DNA from: a bacterium
GTDB taxonomy: Bacteria; UBA10199; 2-02-FULL-44-16; JAAZCA01
Length of the DNA stretch: 64,000 nt
Assembly: GCA_041648665.1 (NCBI GenBank)
Contig: JBAZOP010000003.1
Span: forward strand, 69,082-133,081
Direction of reading: 5' to 3'
The notes under the pieces were generated by a model that saw only the letters and a program-made list of their open reading frames with translations, was not told the origin of the DNA and searched no databases. Below, one piece after another: positions 18,312-26,079 of this stretch; the first letter of the stretch is position 1, and every line of letters starts with the position of its first letter. A program made the position numbers and the translations under genes.

Positions 18312-18620
18312 TCAGCGGAAGAACTTCGCCTTCGGGTACATCGCCAGCACCTGATTTCTGGCGTCCTCCCGACTCTTGGCTCGCAGCGTACCGTCGATCG
18401 TGCAGTCGTCGTTGGCAAACCAGTAGATCGGCGTGCCAAACCCGAAGTACGTGCCGTTTTCGTCGTAGGCACCGTCTGCACTCATGCGCACCTTGCGCAG
18501 CGTGATCTTGCCCGAGAAGGTAGGAGGCCCCTCCCATGTTCCGCGGCCCATTGCTGCGCCGCGTTTGGGGTCTCCGCACCATCCCTTGGGGTCGTGCGTC
18601 TTGTAGCTCGGTCTCGACAT
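18312..18620 (-). CDS. hypothetical protein (102 aa)
   Basis: ORF track entry; starts at an SAS. Confidence 0.55.
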   Translation of the reverse strand: MSRPSYKTHDPKGWCGDPKRGAAMGRGTWEGPPTFSGKITLRKVRMSADGAYDENGTYFGFGTPIYWFANDDCTIDGTLRAKSREDARNQVLAMYPKAKFFR

Positions 18621-18686
18621 GACTTGCTCCTGCGTTGTGGGGCATCGTAGCCCCGTTGGTGCCGCAGGCGAACCTGCGGCTTCGGT
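18621..18686 (-). repeat. SAS + two-hairpin element #2
   Basis: SAS variant catgacttgctcctgcgttg; hairpins ggggcatcgtagcccc and gccgcaggcgaacctgcggc. Confidence 0.75.
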
Positions 18687-19088
18687 TCAGATGTCCCTGG
18701 CGGGAAGGTCTGCGATCACGTAGTCGGCCATGCGGTCGTCACCGATGACGCCCGCTACGCGACGGATCGCTCGGATTGTTGCCTCCTCATCGGGCTTGCC
18801 ATGCGTAGCCCCGTTCGCAGGCGGGATGAGGTATCCAGCCTGCGAACCGCGCCAGCCAGCGGGGACGCCCCTCGGTCCGCTCTCCAGCATGCCGTAGACG
18901 AGCCTGCGCCCGTCTCCGGGCTGCCGCACCTTGATCCACCAAACGCGATTGGCTTGGCACTCGTGCTCACCATTGTAGTCGTGAGCGCTCGCGATCACAG
19001 GCCAATCCTTGGCGACGATACGCACAGGGTTTTCGTCCGAAAGCGCGACGACGATCTTCTTTTCCGTGGTGGTGGTCTTTTCTGACAT
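18687..19088 (-). CDS. hypothetical protein (133 aa)
   Basis: ORF track entry; starts at an SAS. Confidence 0.55.
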   Translation of the reverse strand: MSEKTTTTEKKIVVALSDENPVRIVAKDWPVIASAHDYNGEHECQANRVWWIKVRQPGDGRRLVYGMLESGPRGVPAGWRGSQAGYLIPPANGATHGKPDEEATIRAIRRVAGVIGDDRMADYVIADLPARDI

Positions 19089-19153
19089 GACGTACTCCTG
19101 CTTTAGCGTGGCTTGATTGCCACGGTAGTGCCTGGGCCATCCCAGGCTGCTAG
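19089..19153 (-). repeat. SAS + two-hairpin element #3
   Basis: SAS variant catgacgtactcctgcttt; hairpins gtggcttgattgccac and cctgggccatcccagg. Confidence 0.7.
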
Positions 19154-19360
19154 CTACTCCACCTCGGTGTAGACGGTGCGTTTTGTCGCCAGCACCATCG
19201 GCTCACCGCAGCACGTGAACACGTGGTCCTTGGGAGCGTCCCAGTAGTCCCCTGCGTTCGCGCTGTTTTCCGCACCGCACACATTACAGAGAAGGAAGGG
19301 GTGCGGGCCGGGCACACCGATCTGGTTCTTCAGATCCGCGACTGTGACTTTGTTGCTCAT
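19154..19360 (-). CDS. small Cys-rich protein (68 aa)
   Basis: CNVCG...CCGEP motifs; starts at an SAS. Confidence 0.5.
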   Translation of the reverse strand: MSNKVTVADLKNQIGVPGPHPFLLCNVCGAENSANAGDYWDAPKDHVFTCCGEPMVLATKRTVYTEVE

Positions 19361-19435
19361 TGACTTGCTCCTGCTACTCGCGGCGACATTGCCGCAATGG
19401 TGCTACCCGGCCACGACGGGGCTGGTAGCGGTAGG
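19361..19435 (-). repeat. SAS + hairpin element #4
   Basis: cattgacttgctcctgctact; hairpin gcggcgacattgccgc; a second imperfect stem gctacc...ggtagc. Confidence 0.75.
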
Positions 19436-19846
19436 TCAGCGGTGGAACTCCTCGAAGGGGCAGCGTCCGCTGGGAACGGGAGTGTAGCCTGTGCTCACGG
19501 CATCGTCCCAGGTGAGCCCGCAGGTGCCGCACGTCATGGGATCCTTGGCTTCGTCCCCGGGCTTGACCGGCTGCACCGGGAAGTCTGGAGGGACCACCAC
19601 GGTGTGTGTGGCGGGCACTGGCTCTTCGTCCATCTCATCCACGACGGAGATGTCTCGCCCGTCGTTGTCGGTCGGGTAGCTCGGGTAGCAGCGCCCGTTG
19701 AGCGTCTTGCCCCACGTAGTGGGAACGTCGAAGCCCTCTTCGTTCTCGTCCATGAGATCGTTGGCGAGCTTCATCGCCTGCTCTTCTGTCTCGGCTGCCA
19801 CGTCGAAACAGAGCCATGCCTTGGCTTGGCATCGGTATGTTTTCAC
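19436..19846 (-). CDS. hypothetical acidic protein (136 aa)
   Basis: GTG start; C-terminal CGTCG zinc-ribbon-like motif. Confidence 0.55.
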   Translation of the reverse strand: MKTYRCQAKAWLCFDVAAETEEQAMKLANDLMDENEEGFDVPTTWGKTLNGRCYPSYPTDNDGRDISVVDEMDEEPVPATHTVVVPPDFPVQPVKPGDEAKDPMTCGTCGLTWDDAVSTGYTPVPSGRCPFEEFHR

Positions 19847-19906
19847 GTTGTTGCTCCTGCTTTGTGCGGGTCTCCCCGCGTTGGTGCCGCCGTGTGGCGG
19901 CTCGAC
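19847..19906 (-). repeat. SAS + two-hairpin element #5
   Basis: SAS variant cacgttgttgctcctgcttt; the hairpin module gcgggtctccccgc...gccgccgtgtggcggc is identical to that of element #6. Confidence 0.75.
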
Positions 19907-20134
19907 TCATGCCCCTTGCACTCGCTTGGCGAAGTCCTTGAGCGCTTCCTCGTACTTGCTGAAGTAGTGCCCCCACACGTACTCGCTGTGCTCCATTTCG
20001 TGGGTGAGCACTTCGACGTGCGTGACGTACGGCTCGATGCCGTTGCCGATCTTGCGCAGCACGACGCGCGAAGGAAGTTGCTGCCCCTTGATACCGGGAC
20101 TTATGGGGCCTTCGGCCAGATGCCTTTGTTCCAT
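19907..20134 (-). CDS. hypothetical protein (75 aa)
   Basis: ORF track entry; starts at an SAS. Confidence 0.5.
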   Translation of the reverse strand: MEQRHLAEGPISPGIKGQQLPSRVVLRKIGNGIEPYVTHVEVLTHEMEHSEYVWGHYFSKYEEALKDFAKRVQGA

Positions 20135-20196
20135 GACGATTGCTCCTGCTTGGTGCGGGTCTCCCCGCGTTGGTGCCGCCGTGTGGCGGCTGGCAG
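20135..20196 (-). repeat. SAS + two-hairpin element #6
   Basis: catgacgattgctcctgcttg plus the same ~39-nt two-hairpin module as element #5. Confidence 0.75.
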
Positions 20197-21060
20197 CTAC
20201 GCTGCCGCGCTGTTGAGGTGCCCGGGTAGCATCCCCGCAGCGAAGCCCAGGCGGCGGTAGATGTACGCCGTGAGGAGCTTGGTGAGCCGCTCGCGTCCGT
20301 ACTTCGCCCAGTACCCATCCGCTGCCACGCCCTGTTCCCAGAGCGCGTGCAGCACGCTGTGAACCGGCCTCGGCATGTGCCCAGGCCCGCCAGCTTCGTT
20401 GATCGCGTTCATCAGCATGCTGGGCACGTAGTAGGGTTCCTCCATGTGGCCCAGGATGTGGCTCTTGGGGTCACCGTCGAGCACGGGCTTGCCGCTCTTG
20501 TCCTTCATGAGGCAGGCCCAGCAGTCCGCACCCGAAGGCTTGGGAACCTTCAGAGCGAACAGCGCGTCCATGTAGTCGGAGACGAACTTGCGAGCCCGCT
20601 TCTTGAGCTTGATGTCGCTCCGGGTCTTCTTGTCAGTCGCCAGCGGCGCACCCTTGACCTTGCCGGATTCCGTGACGGTCATGCCGTCCGTGAACACGTA
20701 GGCCTTGCCAGGAGACGCCCAGGGGTATTCCCCCGGCTTGTACATCTTGACGTACCAGATCCCGGCATCCGTGTAGATGGCGAGCCCTGCGGGCATCAGC
20801 GCGTTCAGACGACCCTTTGTCGTGGCCGTCTTGAAGCCGCATGACGAGATGATCATGCCGCCCGACTTGCGGAACACGGCGATCTTGCTGCCGAACAAGT
20901 GCAACTCGATGTTGCCCGCGTTCAGGCAGACCGACGTGTTCTCGCTCAGCTTGCGAGTCGTGACCGGCTTGCCGCGACTCATCAGCAGTGTCCCGCCGAT
21001 GACGCGGAAGAAGGTCTCGCCTCGCTTGTACTTCCTTCCTCCGAAATTCAACTTGTCCAT
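20197..21060 (-). CDS. hypothetical protein (~287 aa)
   Basis: Track ORF trimmed to MDKLNFGGRKY..., directly after an SAS (upstream residues ...SPSRSKV are the SAS translation). Confidence 0.6.
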   Translation of the reverse strand: MDKLNFGGRKYKRGETFFRVIGGTLLMSRGKPVTTRKLSENTSVCLNAGNIELHLFGSKIAVFRKSGGMIISSCGFKTATTKGRLNALMPAGLAIYTDAGIWYVKMYKPGEYPWASPGKAYVFTDGMTVTESGKVKGAPLATDKKTRSDIKLKKRARKFVSDYMDALFALKVPKPSGADCWACLMKDKSGKPVLDGDPKSHILGHMEEPYYVPSMLMNAINEAGGPGHMPRPVHSVLHALWEQGVAADGYWAKYGRERLTKLLTAYIYRRLGFAAGMLPGHLNSAAA

Positions 21061-21140
21061 GACTTTGCTCCTGCTTGGTGAGGGGACATCCCCTCGTTGG
21101 TGCCAGCCTAACCATGAACGGTCAGGTGGCAAGAGGCGGG
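21061..21140 (-). repeat. SAS + hairpin element #7 with embedded promoter-like motif
   Basis: catgactttgctcctgcttg; hairpin gaggggacatcccctc; then, on the minus strand, TTGCCA-N16-TAGGCT (plus ~21103-21141). Confidence 0.7.
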
Positions 21141-21141
21141 T
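21103..21141 (-). promoter_or_regulatory. sigma70-like promoter-like motif (TTGCCA...ATGGTTAGGCT)
   Basis: Related to the copy at ~24852-24891 (shared cctaaccat...ggtggcaag.g.ggcg) and to the 34-bp promoter repeat through the ATGGTTA core. Confidence 0.45.
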
Positions 21142-21806
21142 CAGTCGCGAGCCCAGCAACCGGGCAGCGTGACCGTTTCGGGCAGGGACTTCAGGAAGGC
21201 GATCACGTCCTCCGGGACTTCCTCGTACAGCCATTGGCTGCCGTACTTGTATCCACACTCCGGGCACGGCTTGTTCAGCAAGCCCTTGGGATGCTCTTCT
21301 GGGCGCACCCATCCCGTGGCCTTGGTTTCCCTCTTGTGTACCCGGTAAAAGGAAACGTCCAAAGGATGAAGCGTGCTCAAGGGCAGTGACAGAAGGAACC
21401 GCTGTCGCTCTGTCACGGCGGTCGAGCCGTTCTTGACCAGCTCCGCGACGCCGGATTCCACCAGATTGTTCCGCGCAGTGTAATGCTCAGTCTTGAGCAT
21501 GTACTCGATCACTTCTACCTTTTCGGTCACATCCCAATCCTTGCGCTGGTGCTCGCAACCGGCTCGCATGTCGTTCAGGTGCCAGCGGTTCCACACCTCT
21601 GCCAGCTTGGCGACATCAATCCCCGGGAACGGCTGGGTGACGTTGACCAGATCGATCTGACCGCAGCCACCCTTCGCATCACCATTACTCAGCGGTCCTT
21701 CAACGCCGGTCAGAGAGAGGCGCTTTCCGTCCCACTTGATGGTCACGAAGACCTTGCCGCAGTCACCTGTGCCCACCAGCACATGCTTTGTGAATGGTTC
21801 GATCAT
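21141..21806 (-). CDS. hypothetical protein (~221 aa)
   Basis: Trimmed to MIEPFTKHVLVG... after an SAS; contains a CPECG motif. Confidence 0.6.
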   Translation of the reverse strand: MIEPFTKHVLVGTGDCGKVFVTIKWDGKRLSLTGVEGPLSNGDAKGGCGQIDLVNVTQPFPGIDVAKLAEVWNRWHLNDMRAGCEHQRKDWDVTEKVEVIEYMLKTEHYTARNNLVESGVAELVKNGSTAVTERQRFLLSLPLSTLHPLDVSFYRVHKRETKATGWVRPEEHPKGLLNKPCPECGYKYGSQWLYEEVPEDVIAFLKSLPETVTLPGCWARD

Positions 21807-21876
21807 TGACTTGCTCCTGCTTGTGGCGGGATGATTCCCGCAACGGTGAGCACGCCGGGGAGGCGCGCTCGTAAGG
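21807..21876 (-). repeat. SAS + hairpin element #8
   Basis: cattgacttgctcctgcttgtggcgggatgattcccgcaacggtg, a ~45-nt stretch identical to element #1. Confidence 0.8.
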
Positions 21877-22386
21877 TCAAACGGCTGCGCGCTCGCTGCG
21901 AAGCTCATTGACCAGCGCTCGACGGTGAAGATCGGCTTTGTAGTACCGATCACAGTTGTACGTGTTCAGCATGGCTTCGCGGATCCGGTACCACGCTTGC
22001 TCTTCGCTGGCCTCGGAGCGACCCTGCCACGTCCGCTCGACTTCAGGAATCGGCGTGACGTAGGCGTTGACGATCGCCCAGTTGTCTTCTGGCCTGCCGT
22101 TGAACGAGATCGCGGGCGCGAGGCCGAATCCGCAGCCGGGTGCGCCGAGCGATCCCATGGTCTCACACGTGTCAGCGTCCAGGCCGCACTGCTCGACGAA
22201 CTTGTCGAACTGCTTGCGGGTGAGGATGGCGCAATACTTGCGATGCTTCCCGTGAGGGAATACCTCGCTGTAGTCCGCGCTCTCATCGCCCTCTGTGCAT
22301 TGCCACTGCCGAATGCACGGTGGCCTGTACTCCGAGACGCTAGCTCCGCGCGCTATGTCAAACGAGTAGATGACTGAGAACTTCAT
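21877..22386 (-). CDS. hypothetical protein (169 aa)
   Basis: ORF track entry; starts at an SAS. Confidence 0.55.
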   Translation of the reverse strand: MKFSVIYSFDIARGASVSEYRPPCIRQWQCTEGDESADYSEVFPHGKHRKYCAILTRKQFDKFVEQCGLDADTCETMGSLGAPGCGFGLAPAISFNGRPEDNWAIVNAYVTPIPEVERTWQGRSEASEEQAWYRIREAMLNTYNCDRYYKADLHRRALVNELRSERAAV

Positions 22387-22457
22387 TGTGACTTGCTCCT
22401 GCTTGTGCGTGGCACCATGCCACGTTGGCGCGTGCGCTTGCGGCGCACGCTTGGATG
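22387..22457 (-). repeat. SAS + two-hairpin element #9
   Basis: cattgtgacttgctcctgcttg; hairpins cgtggcaccatgccacg and gcgtgcgcttgcggcgcacgc. Confidence 0.75.
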
Positions 22458-22880
22458 CTACGGAAGCAGCATCGCGCAGATGTACAGGTAGCCGTAGCTC
22501 GCGTTCGGAGTCGCCACGAGGCGAACGCCGTTCTCTTCGATCTCAATCAGATCGCGACTGTCAGGGCTCACGTACTTGCTCGCCACGCGCTTGTGCAGCT
22601 TGTCCAGCAGCCCGGAGTCCCCGTTGAGCCTCTTCTGAAGATCCGGCCACCGGGACTGGTCGCCATCGGCCCCTTGCCGATTCGGCACGAGGTCCACGGA
22701 CTGAACCAGCTTCTTGTCCTCGATGATGCGCGTGCGCCCGCCGACACGTTTGCGAATGCGCTGCGTTTGGTAGCTCGACTGAAGGATCGCTCGCGCGCCC
22801 CAGGCGACTGCGCAGTCACGGTCAACGAGCCAGCCGCACCATGCGGGCTTGGGCCTGCTTGCGTTCTTCTCTTCTTCCAT
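22458..22880 (-). CDS. hypothetical protein (~140 aa)
   Basis: Trimmed to MEEEKNASRPKP... after an SAS. Confidence 0.55.
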   Translation of the reverse strand: MEEEKNASRPKPAWCGWLVDRDCAVAWGARAILQSSYQTQRIRKRVGGRTRIIEDKKLVQSVDLVPNRQGADGDQSRWPDLQKRLNGDSGLLDKLHKRVASKYVSPDSRDLIEIEENGVRLVATPNASYGYLYICAMLLP

Positions 22881-22957
22881 TGACTTTGCTCCTGCTTGTG
22901 GTGCGGGCACCATACCCGCCCTAGTGCCTCGCCGCTTCCTCACGGCGAGGCAGGCTT
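22881..22957 (-). repeat. SAS + two-hairpin element #10
   Basis: cattgactttgctcctgcttg; hairpins gcgggcaccatacccgc and gcctcgccgcttcctcacggcgaggc. Confidence 0.75.
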
Positions 22958-23335
22958 CTACTTGCTCCCTTCTCCCTGGCCGACATGTGCCCGCAAGCGC
23001 AGGAGCGTCCACCCTGCGGACTTGCGGCCTGAGTATCGGCGACCATCGATCATGGTCGCAAAGCACTGCACCACGACGGGGCAGTACGCGCCCGGAGGGT
23101 GAATGCGGTAGCGCCCAGTCAGAGCCAGCGGCGCAATGATCTTGTCGCCAGCCCAGTTCTTGAGCACAAACCGCCCGCCCTCCTCGCAGACGTGGCCGAT
23201 GACCACGCCTTGGGTATGATCCACAACCGGGCCGATAGAGGAGAACTGCGTCCCGTTGTGTTCAACGAAACCGATCTCCACCTGCGCTCCGGTCGCGGTC
23301 ACACCGCTTTCGGAATGAAAGGTTGTCTTGTCCAT
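22958..23335 (-). CDS. hypothetical protein (~125 aa)
   Basis: Trimmed to MDKTTFHSESG... after an SAS. Confidence 0.55.
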   Translation of the reverse strand: MDKTTFHSESGVTATGAQVEIGFVEHNGTQFSSIGPVVDHTQGVVIGHVCEEGGRFVLKNWAGDKIIAPLALTGRYRIHPPGAYCPVVVQCFATMIDGRRYSGRKSAGWTLLRLRAHVGQGEGSK

Positions 23336-23410
23336 TCGACTTGCTCCTGCTTGTGCGTGGCACCATGCCACGTTAGCGCCATCGTAGCGAGCTGGCTAGA
23401 TGGCGGGCGG
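23336..23410 (-). repeat. SAS + hairpin element #11
   Basis: cattcgacttgctcctgcttg; hairpin cgtggcaccatgccacg, identical to the hairpin of element #9. Confidence 0.75.
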
Positions 23411-23545
23411 TCAAATCTCCGTGTATGCCACAGACACTTGACGCCCCGGGTATTTTGCCTGGGCCTTCCTCTCCGCGTCGTTGTGCGACTTGGCTCTGAT
23501 CATTCCCACCTCTTCCCCGTCCACGTATACGATATATACCTTCAT
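23411..23545 (-). CDS. small protein (~44 aa), not in the ORF track
   Basis: An SAS-adjacent ATG followed by MKVYIVYVDGEEVGMIRAKSHNDAERKAQAKYPGRQVSVAYTEI; below the track's length cutoff. Confidence 0.4.
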   Translation of the reverse strand: MKVYIVYVDGEEVGMIRAKSHNDAERKAQAKYPGRQVSVAYTEI

Positions 23546-23641
23546 TCGACTTTTGCTCCTGCTATGGTGCGGGACCATGCCCGCCCTGGTGCATGCGCGC
23601 GCGAACGCGCATGCGAGGGATTGTGCTGCTGTGGTGGGATA
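23546..23641 (-). repeat. SAS + two-hairpin element #12
   Basis: SAS variant cattcgacttttgctcctgctatg; hairpin gcgggaccatgcccgc; palindrome gcatgcgcgcgcgaacgcgcatgc. Confidence 0.7.
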
Positions 23642-24802
23642 CTAGGCGGCGAGCGCTTGGGAGAAAATCTTGCCCGCGAACCGTTCCAGGTCGAGCACGT
23701 CGTCGCCGATCTGCGCCGAGCGTGCCTTGCGGGGCGCACCAGCGAGTGCCTTCGCCTCGATGTCCTGGCTGAGAGCCGACACGGCCTGCGCCGCATCGAG
23801 CCAGGAGATGCCCTTGCCGAGCGTGTGAGGCACGCGCGGGTCGGCGCTCTGCACCATTTCGACGACGCGCTTCGCCATGTCCTGGGAGACCTGACCCTTG
23901 AGGATCGTGTTCAAGCGGTCCACGGTCAGTTCCTTCTCACCCGCCGCGTTCAGCGAGTCGAACATCGACTGCCGCCGCTCGGGCAGAAGGAACTGCGATG
24001 TGCTGTCCTTGATCATGCTGATGGTGGCCTCGTGGTCGAGCTTGCGCGTGTCTTGCGACCAGTCCACGTCACGGTCGAGCCGCTGCCCGAGATGCACGCG
24101 GCGGAAGATCCGCTCAGTCGTCATCCCGTTCATGCAGGCCAACCGCAGGAAGAACGCCGTGATGCCCGCTGCCGTGCCGCCCCAGTCCGAATTGCGATAC
24201 TCGATTCCCAGGACGTAGGGGTCGCCGCCGACCATCTGCACCTGCGGAATGACCATCTTGATCGCGAACTGGAGATCCGTGCCGGTCGCTGAGAACGGGA
24301 CCGCGCCCGACTTGTCAGAGACTTCCAGCACGGTTTCGAGCAAGGGGCGGGTGTCGATCGTGTTGTAGCTGGCGGAGAGAACCGCCATGCCCAGTTCCAC
24401 GTCGGGCTTCTTGCGCGCGCGCACGAGGTGAGCCGGGGGCCTGCCGTCCTTGCCGACAAGGTGCGCCCAGTCCGTGTTCAGCACGTTCTGCAAGAGGTCG
24501 CGCGCCCAGTCCGTGTCAGCGTCCAGGCAGGCGTTCGCGAAGTTCGCGTTCACTACCTGACCGATGCCGTACACGTGGCTGAGAGCGTGGTCGTGCAGCA
24601 CGAGCGTATCGTGCTTGTCGAGCACCATCTGGACGTTGTTGTCCTGCGTGACCGCGAACTCCACAAGCTCCGCGGGCGCTTTGCGGTCCACCGGCATCTC
24701 GCTGAACACGCGCGCGACTTGCGCCTTCGCGTTCGGGAGGTTCCGATGGATCACTTCGTCCAGGCGTGCCGCCGCCTGTTCTGCCGAAACATTCTGCATC
24801 AT
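23642..24802 (-). CDS. hypothetical protein (386 aa), possibly a phage/plasmid DUF932-like family
   Basis: Largest protein in the SAS block; the family assignment is tentative. Confidence 0.6.
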   Translation of the reverse strand: MMQNVSAEQAAARLDEVIHRNLPNAKAQVARVFSEMPVDRKAPAELVEFAVTQDNNVQMVLDKHDTLVLHDHALSHVYGIGQVVNANFANACLDADTDWARDLLQNVLNTDWAHLVGKDGRPPAHLVRARKKPDVELGMAVLSASYNTIDTRPLLETVLEVSDKSGAVPFSATGTDLQFAIKMVIPQVQMVGGDPYVLGIEYRNSDWGGTAAGITAFFLRLACMNGMTTERIFRRVHLGQRLDRDVDWSQDTRKLDHEATISMIKDSTSQFLLPERRQSMFDSLNAAGEKELTVDRLNTILKGQVSQDMAKRVVEMVQSADPRVPHTLGKGISWLDAAQAVSALSQDIEAKALAGAPRKARSAQIGDDVLDLERFAGKIFSQALAA

Positions 24803-24904
24803 TTGACTTGCTCCTGCTTTAGTCGGGCCGCGACATGCGACCCGCTTGGTGCCATCCTAACCATTGCTGGCCGGGTGGCAAGGGAGGGCGTGACAGGCAA
24901 TGTC
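24803..24904 (-). repeat. SAS + hairpin element #13 with embedded promoter-like motif
   Basis: catttgacttgctcctgcttt; hairpin cgggccgcgacatgcgacccg; then the TTGCCA-N16-TAGGAT motif on the minus strand. Confidence 0.7.
24852..24891 (-). promoter_or_regulatory. sigma70-like promoter-like motif (TTGCCA...ATGGTTAGGAT)
   Basis: Same family as the copy at ~21103-21141. Confidence 0.45.
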
Positions 24905-25288
24905 CTAGTCCACGATCTCAGTGAGCGAGCACTGGAAAATCTCGTGGATGTAGTCCTTGATCTCGCGGCGGTCGCGTCCGGTGATGCGCAGGACGATTCC
25001 GTGCACGAGCGAAGCCTTGACGATCACGGTGTGCTCGGTCCAGCCATCGTACATGCCAACATCGTTCATGTGGTGGTAGCTGGTATGGATCACCAGCTTC
25101 TCGCCAGTGGACGCATCGAAGTCGAACGTGCATCCGTTGTCGAACCCGGAGCCGTGCGGCAACCTGTTCAGAACGAGCTGCTCAATCGTCTCGCGGTGCT
25201 TGACTCGCCATTCCGCATTGCCCTTCTCGGCACAACGCGCGTAGGCGTCAACGGATGACGCCAGCCTCTTGTAAACTGGCTCTTTCAT
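24905..25288 (-). CDS. hypothetical protein (~127 aa)
   Basis: Trimmed to MKEPVYKRLASS... after an SAS. Confidence 0.55.
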   Translation of the reverse strand: MKEPVYKRLASSVDAYARCAEKGNAEWRVKHRETIEQLVLNRLPHGSGFDNGCTFDFDASTGEKLVIHTSYHHMNDVGMYDGWTEHTVIVKASLVHGIVLRITGRDRREIKDYIHEIFQCSLTEIVD

Positions 25289-25363
25289 TGACTTGTGCTC
25301 CTGCTTTGTGCGGCGGGATTGCCGCATCAGTGCGCGTACCCGTGCGGGCGTACGCGCGTGGGG
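25289..25363 (-). repeat. SAS + two-hairpin element #14
   Basis: SAS variant cattgacttgtgctcctgcttt; hairpin gcggcgggattgccgc; long stem gcgcgtacccgtgcgggcgtacgcgc. Confidence 0.75.
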
Positions 25364-25660
25364 TCAACCGACCCGCTTGGACGCGCCAGCGGTTTCCATC
25401 TCCGCCACCAGTGCGCGCACCGCAGCGTCGCCACCCTTGTCGCTGTAGACGTGGTGCGGACGCCCGATGCGCCCCTCGAAGTCCCACCCTTCGTAGCCGT
25501 CGCGGCGCGCGAAATCGATCCGCGTTCCGTCTGCGCGTTCCAGGTAGAACTCTCCGAAGCCCATGTGATGCAGGGTTCCGAAGCGGTTGCAAGCGTTCAG
25601 GAAGTCGGAATCCCCGACAACCTTCTCGCTTCCATCAATCTGCTTGATCGTGTGAGGCAT
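25364..25660 (-). CDS. hypothetical protein (~98 aa)
   Basis: Trimmed to MPHTIKQIDGSEK... after an SAS. Confidence 0.5.
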   Translation of the reverse strand: MPHTIKQIDGSEKVVGDSDFLNACNRFGTLHHMGFGEFYLERADGTRIDFARRDGYEGWDFEGRIGRPHHVYSDKGGDAAVRALVAEMETAGASKRVG

Positions 25661-25731
25661 TGACTTGTGCTCCTGCTTTGAGAGGCGGCACCATACCGCC
25701 TTCAGTGCGTACGCGGGCGCGTACGCGAGGC
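25661..25731 (-). repeat. SAS + two-hairpin element #15
   Basis: cattgacttgtgctcctgcttt; hairpins ggcggcaccataccgcc and gcgtacgcgggcgcgtacgc. Confidence 0.75.
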
Positions 25732-26079
25732 TCAGTCCTCTGCGGTCTCTGGACGGGAGAACGGAAGCTGGTGACAGCCGCAACCGTGCGGGCAGCACCA
25801 TGCTTCCTTGAAGTCGTTTGTGCAGTTTCGGAGGCGTTCCGCTAGCTCGTAGATTTTGTTCGCCAGGGTTTCGTTGCACAAGCAATCGGCCCCGCAGAGC
25901 GCACGCTGGTAGCGGCGTTCGTCAAAATCAGTCCGAGCGTTCCACCTCGGATGGAAGTAGCCACCGGAGCTTGCTTTCCATTCCGCGTACACCACAAGCA
26001 ACCACTCGCGCGGCTGATCGTGAATGTTCTCGTACAGGTCAGCGTATGCCTCCGGTGCGTGAGACCATTCGCATGTCAT
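25732..26079 (-). CDS. Cys-rich protein (115 aa)
   Basis: CGADCLCNE and CCPHGCGCH clusters; starts at an SAS. Confidence 0.55.
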   Translation of the reverse strand: MTCEWSHAPEAYADLYENIHDQPREWLLVVYAEWKASSGGYFHPRWNARTDFDERRYQRALCGADCLCNETLANKIYELAERLRNCTNDFKEAWCCPHGCGCHQLPFSRPETAED

